DNA from: Bradymonadia bacterium
Lineage (GTDB): Bacteria; Myxococcota_A; Bradymonadia; UBA7976; UBA1532
NCBI GenBank assembly: GCA_046290225.1
Contig: JBKAGE010000079.1
Location: 160,001-224,000, forward strand
DNA: 64,000 nucleotides
Reading direction: 5' to 3'
The translations under genes were made by a program, and so were the position numbers. Positions 19,798-29,786 of the stretch are shown in pieces. The notes below the pieces were generated by a model that was not told where the DNA came from, searched no databases, and saw nothing but the letters and a program-made list of their open reading frames with translations. Each line of letters opens with the position of its first letter. Positions within the stretch are counted from its first letter, which is position 1.

Positions 19798-20080
19798 GGC
19801 TTGGTCTTCAGCCCGGTGAATCAGTGCTACATCACCATCAAACGATGTCTCCATGAAAAGCGTAAGACCAGCCTTATTGAAGAGTTGTCTTCTGGATGTT
19901 GTGGTGGGGCCCTGGTAGGCAGTCATCGCTTCGCTCTGACTGCCTACAAGAGGCTCAGCTATAGCTCTCGTCCTTGAATGGTTCGACGCGAATCAGCATT
20001 TGATATTGATGTTTGGTGAGATGAGTCCTCAGGTCCGTGAGGCGGCCGAAACCTGCCTCACGGGTCACTGAGCATGCTGA
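19795..20080. other. Structured non-coding spacer between the convergent RT genes
   Basis: Stems 19795-19808/19864-19876, 19915-19925/19937-19947 (11 bp perfect), 20032-20043/20055-20066. Confidence 0.6.
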
Positions 20081-21439
20081 CTACTGACCGGCACGAGCCT
20101 GTTGAATGCGCCCCAAGTCCTCCAGCATCTGTCCACCCAGCTCCGGGTTGGTCATGTGCACGAAGGCCGCATACCCCGCCAGTTGTGCCAGAGTCTCGCC
20201 TTCCTTGAGGGGCTTGCCGTTGCTCAGGTTGTGGATCGCCGCCCGCAGCTGGCGCCGGAGCGCCCGAGGTACCCGCGGGGTGCCCTCACCGTTGACGATG
20301 AGCCCGGTCACCGCCTGGCGACCGCCAGAGCGGGCCACGCGGGTCTTCTCCTTGTGCACCTCGAAGCCCTCAGCGGCGCAGATGGTCTTCACCCCACCCA
20401 TGAGGGCCGCCACATTCGAAGTGGCTTTGTCGTCCTTCTTCTTGGCCTTCTTCTTCCCGGTGTCGGATGCAGCGGGCAGGCTGAAGGTCAGGTCGTCGGC
20501 GTAGCGGGTGTAGCGCCAGCCCAGCTTACGGGCCAGGCCGCTCAGGCGACGGTCGAGGCGCATGCACAAGGCGTTGGTGAGAGCCGGGCTCGTTGGGGCG
20601 CCCTGAGGCAAGCACCGAGGGCCCATGGCGACAAAATAGGTCTTGCCGTCGTGCTCCACCACCTCCCGAGGAGGCTCGGTGCACAGCAACGCCAGCAACG
20701 TGGCCACCTGCTCGCGGTAACCCGCCTTGCGGAACACACCCTTCACCCGGCGGTAGGTCACCGTGGGGAAGAAGTCCTTGAGGTCCATCTTGAGGACCAT
20801 GGAGGAATGGGTGTGCACCGCGGCGTTGGAGGCTATGCTACGCCCCGGCACGAAGCCGTGGGCAGCGCCATGCACCGGCAGGTGCTCCACGATCTCGCGC
20901 AGAATCCAGCGCTGGGCAGACTTGAGTCGGGGCATGGGTGCCCAGATGGCTCGCTCACCGCCCGAGCGCTTGGGGATGGTGAAGCGGGTGTAGTTCACCC
21001 GAGTCGCCGCCTCGCGGTGGTAGGTGAGACCTCGCAGCTCCGGGATGCTCACCTCAAGGGCCTCCGCGAGGGCCTTGGGGTTGTCGAGCTGAGGCAGCTC
21101 GTTCTCCTGGGCCCGGGCCTCGGGCTCGGGGAGATCGTGCTTGTCGAAGTCGTGATCGTCCTGCCAGAAGACGCCCTCACCGAGGTGCACAAGGTGGGTG
21201 GCCTTGTAGGCCGCCCAGGCCTCCTTCTTCAGTCGGCGCCGCTCCGCAGCCTCTTCTTTGAGCTGCTTCTTGTACTGACTCAGCTGAGACTTGCTCATGT
21301 TGTCGGTCTCCCGACGCTGCACGAGAAAGCCGCGCTCCTTGAGCTGCTGGTCGATGTAGGCCTGGATGCTGCCCGCCTGAGCGATGGCACGCCAGAGCAC
21401 GATGGGATCGCTGTTTCGAGTTTGAGTGGCCATCGTCAT
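20081..21439 (-). CDS. Retron reverse transcriptase B (myxobacterial Mx162/Sa163-like)
   Basis: AHGF, NAAVH, DFFP, LPQGAPTSP, YADD (20492-20503), VTG, RQLRAAIHN; N-terminal AIAQAG..KATHLVHLGEGVFW extension resembles Mx162 RT as I recall it; TGATG coupling to upstream gene. Confidence 0.95.
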   Translation of the reverse strand: MTMATQTRNSDPIVLWRAIAQAGSIQAYIDQQLKERGFLVQRRETDNMSKSQLSQYKKQLKEEAAERRRLKKEAWAAYKATHLVHLGEGVFWQDDHDFDKHDLPEPEARAQENELPQLDNPKALAEALEVSIPELRGLTYHREAATRVNYTRFTIPKRSGGERAIWAPMPRLKSAQRWILREIVEHLPVHGAAHGFVPGRSIASNAAVHTHSSMVLKMDLKDFFPTVTYRRVKGVFRKAGYREQVATLLALLCTEPPREVVEHDGKTYFVAMGPRCLPQGAPTSPALTNALCMRLDRRLSGLARKLGWRYTRYADDLTFSLPAASDTGKKKAKKKDDKATSNVAALMGGVKTICAAEGFEVHKEKTRVARSGGRQAVTGLIVNGEGTPRVPRALRRQLRAAIHNLSNGKPLKEGETLAQLAGYAAFVHMTNPELGGQMLEDLGRIQQARAGQ

Positions 21440-23349
21440 CAACCTGCCGTCGCGTCCAGGTAACCCTGGGATTCGAGTTCATCAACACGGGCGAAGTAGG
21501 CCGCCCGTGCGTCGGCCACTGTGTCAAAGACCAGGCTCTGCACCCGGAGCCGAGCGTCTGCACGCTGACCCCAGCGCACCTTGAGACGGGTGCGGTTGAG
21601 GGAGAGCTGGTAGAGCGCCTCGCCCCGGCTGTGACGCCGGGTGTAGGTGCGGGTCTCCACGGTGATGGTATTTCGGGCCTTGCCTCGACCCTCGGCGGCC
21701 TTCTTCCGCTCCTCGGCGTACTTGAGCGCCAGGGCGATGAGAGGGGCGCTGGGACCATGCTTGAGGGCGTGCTTGCGGAAGAACGGCGACGAGCAGCTGG
21801 CCCGGGTGACCCGGCCCTCGTCGTCGATGAGCAGCTCACAGCGGTACTCGCGCTGATCGGCCGCCACCACCACCTTGCCGGTGATCTCCACGCCGCGGCC
21901 GAAGATGCGGTTCTCCTGGGTGATCTTCACCGCGCCATCGGTGGCGAGCAGATCGCGCGCCTGGCGCTCCCGGGTGTTCCGGTGGGCCAGCGTGTCGAGC
22001 TTGAGCGGCTCAGCGGTGAGCGGTCGCAGCCGGTAGACGTCACGGGCGATGTCGTACATCAGCCGGCCCGCCTGACAACCACCCTGCAAGGCGGCGGTGA
22101 GGTCGGCCCCCTTGAGCCCAGTGGCCTTGCCGATGCCCTTGGCGCTGTCGGACCACTTCTCGCCCAGATGCTCGAGCACCTTGTCGAGGCCCTCGGGCTC
22201 ACCCTCAGGGCGGGGGAGCAGCACGTCGAAGTTGAGGCTCTGGGCCCAGTTCGCCGAGGAGAACCCGGTGAGGCCCAAGGTGAAGGTGACGGCGCCGCAC
22301 CGGAACACGAAGAACGAGGGCATGCCGCTGCCGAGCAGGTGCACATCCACGCTCTCGATGAAGGGCATGAGCCTCCGCAACAGCATGAGCCGACGACGCC
22401 CCCAGATGCGAATGACGTGGGCCGTGCGGCCCTCGTAGTTCGCCGAGGACGACGGGATAATCTCTTCCCAGGGCTCGAGCACCAGACGCGGGGGCTCGCC
22501 GGGGACCAGCTCGACGCGGATCGCCCGCCCCTTGCGCTTCTGGTCGGCCTTGAGCCGCAGGGTGCGCATCACGTTGTAGAGATCGATGGGGGCCAGGGAG
22601 AAGGTAGAGGCCGGCAGAGTGGCCGCCGACTGCACCTGCAAGAAGCCACGGAGCCACGCATCGGGCACGTTGATCTGCTTCTCGATGACCTTGGGTTGCC
22701 CCTCGGTCTCGAGGCCGACGTCGCCTGCACCCCCAGCCGCATCACCGAGGGTGAGGGTGGTGTTGCGGTAGCTGCGCATGCGCTGCACCCCATTGAAGAG
22801 GGCATCGCTGAAGTCGACGTTGGTGGTGCCGAAGGTGGGCGCGGGCTTGCCCTTGGCGCCGATCTTGAGGGCCTTGGCGTCCAGCGACAGCTGCGCGTAG
22901 GTGCCTTCGTCTTTGCTGAACACCTCGAAGGTGACGGCGTCGGGGTGCACCGAGACGATGGGGTCGAGGATCAACCACGCGTTGGGGTCGTTCCGACTCA
23001 GCCAGCTGAAGTAGGCCTGCTGGGCCTGCCAGACGCTCATGGTGGCGGTCTGCTTCTTCATGGCCTGATAGGCCAGCCACGCGGAGCGATCCTTGGGCTT
23101 GTAGCGGAAGTCGCTCTTCACCACCTCGTAGAGGGCCGACAAGGCCTCGCGCACGGCGACGGGCTCGCCGATCTCCGCCGTGGCGGAGACCGTGGGGCGA
23201 CCGGACTCGCCGAAGAGGGCGATGCGGGTGCCGCCGTCTTCCCCGATGACCTCGCTGGCCCCGGGATACTTCAGGCTGAAGGGGCTCTTGCTGGCCCCGC
23301 TGGGATCGTCAGCCTTCTCGCCTTCAGGGCGCTTCTCTTCGCCGCTCAT
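21439..23349 (-). CDS. SWIM-family paralog with degenerate zinc finger and C-terminal WGR-like domain (module B, gene 3)
   Basis: Shares DPxxxVHPD, GTTNVD, WxRGFLQV, WGRRRL, LLGSGMPSF with 15953-17638; CSS..SAP in place of CxC..CxH; C-terminal YQLSL..VRWGQR..QGY; ATGA overlap. Confidence 0.85.
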   Translation of the reverse strand: MSGEEKRPEGEKADDPSGASKSPFSLKYPGASEVIGEDGGTRIALFGESGRPTVSATAEIGEPVAVREALSALYEVVKSDFRYKPKDRSAWLAYQAMKKQTATMSVWQAQQAYFSWLSRNDPNAWLILDPIVSVHPDAVTFEVFSKDEGTYAQLSLDAKALKIGAKGKPAPTFGTTNVDFSDALFNGVQRMRSYRNTTLTLGDAAGGAGDVGLETEGQPKVIEKQINVPDAWLRGFLQVQSAATLPASTFSLAPIDLYNVMRTLRLKADQKRKGRAIRVELVPGEPPRLVLEPWEEIIPSSSANYEGRTAHVIRIWGRRRLMLLRRLMPFIESVDVHLLGSGMPSFFVFRCGAVTFTLGLTGFSSANWAQSLNFDVLLPRPEGEPEGLDKVLEHLGEKWSDSAKGIGKATGLKGADLTAALQGGCQAGRLMYDIARDVYRLRPLTAEPLKLDTLAHRNTRERQARDLLATDGAVKITQENRIFGRGVEITGKVVVAADQREYRCELLIDDEGRVTRASCSSPFFRKHALKHGPSAPLIALALKYAEERKKAAEGRGKARNTITVETRTYTRRHSRGEALYQLSLNRTRLKVRWGQRADARLRVQSLVFDTVADARAAYFARVDELESQGYLDATAG

Positions 23350-26300
23350 GAGCGCACCTCCTTCTGGGCACGGGCGCGCCGGGCACGGCGCAGGGCCCGC
23401 CATGCGGCCTTCCTCATGTCTTCGTCTTCCTTCTCGTTGGTCGCCACGGCGAGGATCGGCTTCTCTGCGGCCTTGGCCTTGGCTTCGTCGGCGGCGATGC
23501 GGGCCAGGGCCTCCAGGGCCCCGAGCCGGGCGTCGGCCTTGAGTGTCTTGTCGTTGAGCGCGGCGGTGAGGCCGTCGATGTCACCACGGGCCACCAGGTG
23601 CGGCAGGACCACACCCTGGCGGTGAATCTGCCCCGCTGCACCTCGCAGAATCGCCCCACTGGCTTTGTCGTCTGCTGCGCTGAGCAGGCGGTCGAGGGCC
23701 GGACGATCGTCGAGGGCCCCTTCGAGCAGCGTGGCTGCCCGCTTGGGGTCGAGGGCGGAGACCGCCGTCGAGGCGAGCGTACGCAGCTCGGCGTCGGGCC
23801 CAGTCGCTGCGGCGACGAGGGCGTCGAGGCCCTTGGCCTTGGCGAAGCCCGACGACAAAGCGGTGATGGCCATCTGCCGCAAGGGCCGCGCTTCACGGGG
23901 CACCATGGCAGAGACCTGAATCAGCACCTCGGCCCCTGCCTCGAGTCGGCCACAGGCCCACAGAAGCCAGGAGAGGCGATCGGTGAGCTGAGAGAGGGCC
24001 TGACGGTGTTGGTGCTGACCGCTCCGAGCGGCAGAGAGCCGCTGGTATCGATCCGACCAGAGCGTGAGGCTCTGAGTGGCCGCCTCGGTGACAGCCTTGC
24101 CGTGCTTCTTGCCCTCACCGACACGACCCAGGATGCGCGCCGCCACCTCGACGGTGCGATCGTGGCTGGCGCCGAGGGCTTCGACTGCCTCGGCCACCGG
24201 CGCAGGATCACGGGTGAGCAGGGCGTTCACCAGAGGTGGCACGTACTCTTCGGTGTAGTCCTCGTTGATCTTGGGCAACACCTTGAGCAGACGGCCGGCT
24301 TCACCCCGCTCGCACAGCCGCTTGAGCGTGTCCTCTTCGAGATCGTCGAAGGGGCTCTGGATGAAGATGTAGTCGGGCTCGAGGGACTCGGCGCCATACT
24401 GCGTACGGAGCGCGGTCGCGGCGGCCTGGGCTACGTCCCAGTCGTCATCTTCGATGAGCTGCTTGGCGAGGGCCTCTCGCGTAGCCACGTCGTCGTGGTG
24501 AGCGAGCAGCTCGCAGACCCGCTGTCGGATCGACCAGTCATCGTCGTTGATGCGCCCACGGACGAACTGCCACGCGGCGTCACCACCGAACCAGCGCAGA
24601 CCGCTGAGGGCGTACTCGGCCACGCCATCATCGGCGCCGGCGAGACCCTTGAGGATCTTGAAGATCTTCTCGCGGTGCTCACCCTCGGCCAGGTGGCCGA
24701 TGGCCTCCGCGGCCTGCTCTTGCAGAGCGTTATCCTCGTCGTTGACCAGACGCAGCAGCAAGTCGAGGGCTCGTGGATCACCGAGCTTGCCCAGGGCCTC
24801 GACGGCCCGCTGGCGGTAGCTGATGTTCTCGAGCAGATCGACGGAGGCGAGGAGCACGCTGATGCCATCGGCCCGCCCGCCGAGGGCCAGGCCCTCTGCG
24901 GCGACGAACTGAGTGACCTGATCTTTGTGCTTCAGAGCCTCGACGAGAGCCTCGGCCTTGCCCTCACGGTGGCGCAGGCGCCACGAGAGTGCGTCGAGGG
25001 CCGACAGGCGCACGTTGTCCTTGGGGAAGGCGGCGAGCTGAGCCAGGGTGCCGTCGACGACAGCCTCGGGGCACCACTTGGCGCCGGCCATGAGCTTCTG
25101 CAGCCAGCCGGTGTCGTTGGCGCCCCAGGCGGCCTCAAGGAGGGCACCGAAGAGGTCGTGTTGGCGGGCGTGTTGCCCTTTCTGCCACCCGTCGTCTTCC
25201 TGACCCGTGCGATCGATCTCGTCGAAGTCGACGTTGAGATACTGGTTGTAGCCCGTGACAGTGAGGGCGGCGTTGAAGGCGTATCCGGCACGTTGCTTCT
25301 GGCCGAGATCAGCCAGGAGGCGCGGGAACACTTCGCGGCGCCGGAACTCACCTACATGCTGGTAGATGTTGCGCATATCGGCGTTGCCCGCGGGATCGTT
25401 GTCGACCCGGTTGAGCATGGCGTCGGCGGTGCGCTCGTCGGCGAGGCGTGCCAGGGCGTTCAAGATACGGCCCTGGGTGTTGGAGGCCGTGGCCAGCAAC
25501 TTCACCAGCGGGTCGAAGCCCTTGGCCTCCTGAATGCTGCCCAGCTGGATCGCCACCTCGAGGCGTACATCGAGGAAAGGGGAGTCCACGGCGTCGAGCA
25601 AGGCCTTGAGGGCGGCCTTTTGTACCTTGGCCTCAGCGTCGGGCTTGACCTTGAGCATGGCCAGCTTGCCCGGCGCCTGGTTGCGCAGGCGACTCGAGCG
25701 GGCCTGCAGCCCCTCGGCCCAGGGCATCACGGGCTCTCCCTGGCCTTCGAGGAGCTTCACCGCCTCGAACTCCAGGCCGTCTTCCTTGGTGCGCAGCACG
25801 TCGAGCAGCACTCGCCGGCCTTCCTTGGCACCGCTCTTCTTGGCGAGCAGCTCAAGGGCCATGACCCCCACATCGCCCTGACCGGTGGCCAGCGCCTCGG
25901 CGGAGAGCTGCGAGACATCGTAGCCGACAGCGTTGAGGGCCTCGAAGGCAGCCCGGCGCACGATGGCCGAGTTGTCTGTGAGGCGCTGCACGAAGACCGG
26001 GATGGCGGCTTCGGCGGTGCCGTGACCCTCAGCGACCATGGTCTGCAAGCGGACCAGGGCTTGACGGCGCACCCATGCAGGGGCCTCGCCGGCACGACAC
26101 AGCCCGGTGTAGGCGCCGAAGACCAGCTGCTGCAGGGTGGCGTTGTCGTAGGCGGTCTTGGCGGCCTTGCGCTTCTTCGCCGCCTTGGCGAGGGCGTCGA
26201 GATCTACGGCGTACCGGGTGGAGAACACCCGCCACAGGCGGTTGAAGGCCCCCTGTTTCTTCTCGCCGAGGCCCTTGAGCACCTCTGCGGCGCGGGCCTT

Positions 26301-29300
26301 GAGGCGGGGGGCCCCGAAGGTCACCGCCTCGGCGAGCTGGGTGATGGTCTCCTCGGTGATCGTCCAGGCCTTCTGGCCGTCTCCGCGATCGTTGAACACG
26401 TCGACGACGTGACGGCCGAAGGCGTCGAGATCACCGAAATGCTCCAGGGCCTTGGCACCTGCGATGCGCACCCGGGCGTCTGCTGAGGAGAGCGCCGCGA
26501 GGCAGCGATCGGGGATGCCGTCGTTCTCGCGCCACTCCATGAGCAGCATGAGGTTGAGGGCCTGCTGGCGGATGTCGCTGTCGTTGTGGTCGAGGAACGA
26601 CAGGAAGACATCCTCAACGTCGAGGGTGAGGGCGGCCCACAGCGCCACCTGAGCTGGGGCCCCGGCGTGGGTGGGGGCTGCGCGCCGAGTGGCGCGGCGG
26701 CGACCGCCCCGAGAGGGGGTGTCCTCAGCCTGACGATGCGCGAAGAGGATGGAAGCTCCTGTGGCATCGGCCAGTCGGGCGAGCCCCTTGGCGGCGATCA
26801 TGCGTACGGCCTCGTCGCCGTGTCGCAGGGCGGCCTTGAGGGCTGTGGGATCCTCGGCGTTGTCGGACCACGCCAGGGCCTCGGCGGCGCCCTTGCGGAT
26901 GCTGGCCTCGTCGTTGGCCAGCAACTTCACCAGGCTCTCGACGGCGTCGACGTGGCCCAAGGCCCCGAGGCCCTCGAGGGCCACCAGGGTGTCGGCCTGC
27001 CAGAGCGTCGCGAGATCGGAGACCTCGGGGCGTTCTGAGTTGACCTGCTCCAGCAGAGGCTTGAGGGCCTTCTCGTCGCCCACCACCGCACGGGCCGCGG
27101 CGGCCTTGTTGCGCACGTCGCGGTGCTCGCTGGACATCGCCTTCACCAGGGCGTCGTCGTTGTCGGCGAGCTTGAGGGCGTTGATGGCCACCGAGCGCAC
27201 ATCAGCGTCATCGTCGTCGAGGGCCTTCACCAGCAGCGGAGCAGTCTCTTTGGAGTACTTCCGCGCCAGGGCCTTCACCGAAGTGAGGCGCACGTCGGCG
27301 AAGGGGCTCTCCAGGCCACGGCTCAGCGGGGCGAGGCCCTTGGACTTGCCTTTCTTGACGGCGAAGGCGAAGGCGTCGGTGCGCAGGTCTTGATCGGGAT
27401 CGTCGAAAAGACCCAGCAACATGTCCCAGGCCCATGGGTGAGCGATCTCGCCCATGACCTCGGTGAGCACCTCGCGACGGATGTTGGGGTGCAGGCTCTT
27501 CAGGGCGAAGGCCAGAGTGGCGTCACCACCCCCCATGACCTGCAGGTTGATGGTGGCCTTGAAGGCCTCGCTGCGGATCGCGCTCCCGGCGTCGTTCAGG
27601 GCCCGCTCCAGCAGGCCGTAAGCGGCGTCGTTCGGGTCGGCGGGCAGCTTCTTCTTGAGCTGCCGGACCAGCACGCTCAGGCCCCGGCGGCGCACGTCTT
27701 CGTGCTCCGCCATGAGGCCCGCCTCAGCGGACTCGAGGGGGGTGTCGGAGAGCAGCCGCGACAGGGCGGTGAAGGCAGCGTCGCGGACCTGACCCGTTGT
27801 GTCCCGGAGCATCAGGCGCAGGCGCTGCAGGCCCCGAGGATCACCGAGGGCCTCCAAGGCCCGGCAGGCCTCTACCCGTGCGGTGCTGTCGTCGGCTCGG
27901 GTGAGCTGCAGCAGCGTGCCGAAGGCGCGGGGATCTTGCAGCTGCGCCAGGGCTACGGCGCCACGGACACAGGTGTCGAGGGCCTGACCCGCCATGGCTT
28001 CAAGCAGAGGTGCGAAGTCATCGGCGGTGAGATCGGCCGTCTTGACCTTCTTGGTCTTCGGCAGCGCGGCCTCGGGATCGATCTCCTCGCCATGGGTCTC
28101 GATCTGGTAGAGGCGCCGGTGCACGTCTTTGTCGAGGTGGCGCACCGCCTGGGCGAGGGTGAGCTGGCTGAGCAGCCGCACGTCGAAGGCCATCAGTCGA
28201 ACCGAGGCCTCGCGATCTTCCAGGGTACGGCGCAGAGCGGAGCGCACCACGGCCTCGGCGAGCAGCTCGCGCTGGTGAAGCCGCAGCAGCGCCTGCCAGC
28301 GCAGATCGGCCTGGCCGCTCTTGAGCCCGATGAGGGTGCCCACCGGGTCGTCGCCGTAGAAGCCCTCCAGGGTCTCCAGGGCTGCGAAGCGCACCTCGCG
28401 AGGGTTGTCGTCAAGGGCCCGGGTCAGGCGACTCAGGGCCTGCTCGTCCTCACCGGCGAGGGTGCCGAGGGCCTGCACAGCCTCAACGCCGATGTCGGCC
28501 TTCCGCGCGCCGAGGGCGAGCTCGAGGGGGCGCAGGTTGCTTTGGCCTTCGAGGGTACGCAGCCCGGTGAGGGCCGCTCGCCGCACCTTCTCGCTGCCGC
28601 CTCGGAGCAGGCCTTCGAGGGGCTGCACCGCCCGGCGGTTGTCGCTGTTGCCCAGCAGCTCGACGGCGAGCACGCGCAGGGCGTGATCGTCATCGTCGCT
28701 GGCCCGGCTGGCGATCATCTCGATGGCCTTGGCGTCGTTGTAGCCTGCCAGGGCCTGCAGGGCCTCCTGACGGGTGGAGACCTCCTTGGCCTTGAAGCTG
28801 CGACGGGCCCAGGCGTATGCGTCGCGGATGGTGAGCGAGCGGTGCTCGATCTTGCCCGCGGCGTCCTGGATGAAGAGCCGGATGGTGTTGTCGTTGCTGG
28901 CGATGGCCACGTGACCACGGCTCTTGTAGGTCACCTGCGCCATGGCCACGACGGGCTTGAGCGTGTCCTTGAGCGTGGACGGGCGCTTGTTGCCTCCGCC
29001 CACCGTCCAGATCTTCACCTCGCCGTCACGGCCGCCGGTGTAGAACTTGTCGGCGTCGTCCTCGATGGCGGGGCCTTCGGCGATGATTGCGCCGCTGCTG
29101 TGACCGCCGCGACCGCCGCGCTCCTCGGGCTCCAGGGTGCCCCGTACGTGAGTCACGAGCAGGCGGCCGTCGGCGCCGGCGCTCATCACCCGGAGCTCCT
29201 CGGGCTCGAAGCACAGCGAGGTGACCTCGCCGTTGTGGGCCTTGGCGTTGTTGCCCGCGAGGAACTGGGGCTTCTCTTCACAGTCGAAGACCACCAGGGT

Positions 29301-29783
29301 GCCCTTGGCGGTGCCCACCACGAGCCAGTTGCCCGAAGGGTCTGCGGCGAGGGCGGTACCGGCCTGGGGCAGCTTCAGGCGCTGAGCCACAGCGCCGTCG
29401 GCGATGGTGATGATCAGCAGCTCTTCTCCGGCGATGGCGGCCATGCGGCCTTCACTCGCCAGCGCCAGCGCCGTGGGGGCGGGCTCGAGGGCCTCGGTGA
29501 AGGTTGTGGCCTCACCACCGGCAGCGGGGCTCGAGTAGAGCTTGTCGTCGGTGCCGATGAAGTAGAGCGTGTTGTCGCCGGTGATCTCGTCGATGATCAG
29601 ACCACGGGCGCCACAGGGCAGCGCCGTCGAGGCCAGCTCGAGCTTCTCGAGATCGATCCGGTACAGGGCGGTGGGCTGCCCCTCAGGGTGCACGGTGGTG
29701 AGCACGAGGGTGCTCTCCAGGCCCACGAGGGCGGTGACGTCACCGCGGTACTTCAGGGTCTTTTCGCTTGTTGCGGCGGCCAT
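23346..29783 (-). CDS. 2145-aa WD40 beta-propeller + HEAT-repeat protein (module B, gene 2)
   Basis: N-terminal WD-like repeats (AHNGEVTSLCF, SAGADG, TGGRDGEVKIW) followed by many D-x-VR-x-AA-x-AL HEAT/PBS-like repeats. Confidence 0.85.
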   Translation of the reverse strand: MAAATSEKTLKYRGDVTALVGLESTLVLTTVHPEGQPTALYRIDLEKLELASTALPCGARGLIIDEITGDNTLYFIGTDDKLYSSPAAGGEATTFTEALEPAPTALALASEGRMAAIAGEELLIITIADGAVAQRLKLPQAGTALAADPSGNWLVVGTAKGTLVVFDCEEKPQFLAGNNAKAHNGEVTSLCFEPEELRVMSAGADGRLLVTHVRGTLEPEERGGRGGHSSGAIIAEGPAIEDDADKFYTGGRDGEVKIWTVGGGNKRPSTLKDTLKPVVAMAQVTYKSRGHVAIASNDNTIRLFIQDAAGKIEHRSLTIRDAYAWARRSFKAKEVSTRQEALQALAGYNDAKAIEMIASRASDDDDHALRVLAVELLGNSDNRRAVQPLEGLLRGGSEKVRRAALTGLRTLEGQSNLRPLELALGARKADIGVEAVQALGTLAGEDEQALSRLTRALDDNPREVRFAALETLEGFYGDDPVGTLIGLKSGQADLRWQALLRLHQRELLAEAVVRSALRRTLEDREASVRLMAFDVRLLSQLTLAQAVRHLDKDVHRRLYQIETHGEEIDPEAALPKTKKVKTADLTADDFAPLLEAMAGQALDTCVRGAVALAQLQDPRAFGTLLQLTRADDSTARVEACRALEALGDPRGLQRLRLMLRDTTGQVRDAAFTALSRLLSDTPLESAEAGLMAEHEDVRRRGLSVLVRQLKKKLPADPNDAAYGLLERALNDAGSAIRSEAFKATINLQVMGGGDATLAFALKSLHPNIRREVLTEVMGEIAHPWAWDMLLGLFDDPDQDLRTDAFAFAVKKGKSKGLAPLSRGLESPFADVRLTSVKALARKYSKETAPLLVKALDDDDADVRSVAINALKLADNDDALVKAMSSEHRDVRNKAAAARAVVGDEKALKPLLEQVNSERPEVSDLATLWQADTLVALEGLGALGHVDAVESLVKLLANDEASIRKGAAEALAWSDNAEDPTALKAALRHGDEAVRMIAAKGLARLADATGASILFAHRQAEDTPSRGGRRRATRRAAPTHAGAPAQVALWAALTLDVEDVFLSFLDHNDSDIRQQALNLMLLMEWRENDGIPDRCLAALSSADARVRIAGAKALEHFGDLDAFGRHVVDVFNDRGDGQKAWTITEETITQLAEAVTFGAPRLKARAAEVLKGLGEKKQGAFNRLWRVFSTRYAVDLDALAKAAKKRKAAKTAYDNATLQQLVFGAYTGLCRAGEAPAWVRRQALVRLQTMVAEGHGTAEAAIPVFVQRLTDNSAIVRRAAFEALNAVGYDVSQLSAEALATGQGDVGVMALELLAKKSGAKEGRRVLLDVLRTKEDGLEFEAVKLLEGQGEPVMPWAEGLQARSSRLRNQAPGKLAMLKVKPDAEAKVQKAALKALLDAVDSPFLDVRLEVAIQLGSIQEAKGFDPLVKLLATASNTQGRILNALARLADERTADAMLNRVDNDPAGNADMRNIYQHVGEFRRREVFPRLLADLGQKQRAGYAFNAALTVTGYNQYLNVDFDEIDRTGQEDDGWQKGQHARQHDLFGALLEAAWGANDTGWLQKLMAGAKWCPEAVVDGTLAQLAAFPKDNVRLSALDALSWRLRHREGKAEALVEALKHKDQVTQFVAAEGLALGGRADGISVLLASVDLLENISYRQRAVEALGKLGDPRALDLLLRLVNDEDNALQEQAAEAIGHLAEGEHREKIFKILKGLAGADDGVAEYALSGLRWFGGDAAWQFVRGRINDDDWSIRQRVCELLAHHDDVATREALAKQLIEDDDWDVAQAAATALRTQYGAESLEPDYIFIQSPFDDLEEDTLKRLCERGEAGRLLKVLPKINEDYTEEYVPPLVNALLTRDPAPVAEAVEALGASHDRTVEVAARILGRVGEGKKHGKAVTEAATQSLTLWSDRYQRLSAARSGQHQHRQALSQLTDRLSWLLWACGRLEAGAEVLIQVSAMVPREARPLRQMAITALSSGFAKAKGLDALVAAATGPDAELRTLASTAVSALDPKRAATLLEGALDDRPALDRLLSAADDKASGAILRGAAGQIHRQGVVLPHLVARGDIDGLTAALNDKTLKADARLGALEALARIAADEAKAKAAEKPILAVATNEKEDEDMRKAAWRALRRARRARAQKEVRS

Positions 29784-29786
29784 CGA

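Noticed and set aside
19447..19926. 159-aa minus-strand ORF across the RT A tail and spacer
   Set aside because: Mostly antisense to RT A, with no RBS or motif, and it starts inside a palindrome.
20015..20066. Hammerhead ribozyme look-alike (GATGAGTCC...GTCCGTGAGG...CGAAAC)
   Set aside because: The core reads GAGAUGA instead of CUGANGA, and the GAAA lies in the loop of a competing 12-bp hairpin; stems I and III could not be assembled.
18175..21439. Two RTs plus an AC-repeat ncRNA as a DRT3-like, group II intron or DGR system
   Set aside because: Both RTs carry retron NAxxH and VTG motifs and are convergent. The AC tract is fully paired as an a1/a2 arm. I see no maturase/endonuclease domain and no TR/VR repeat pair.
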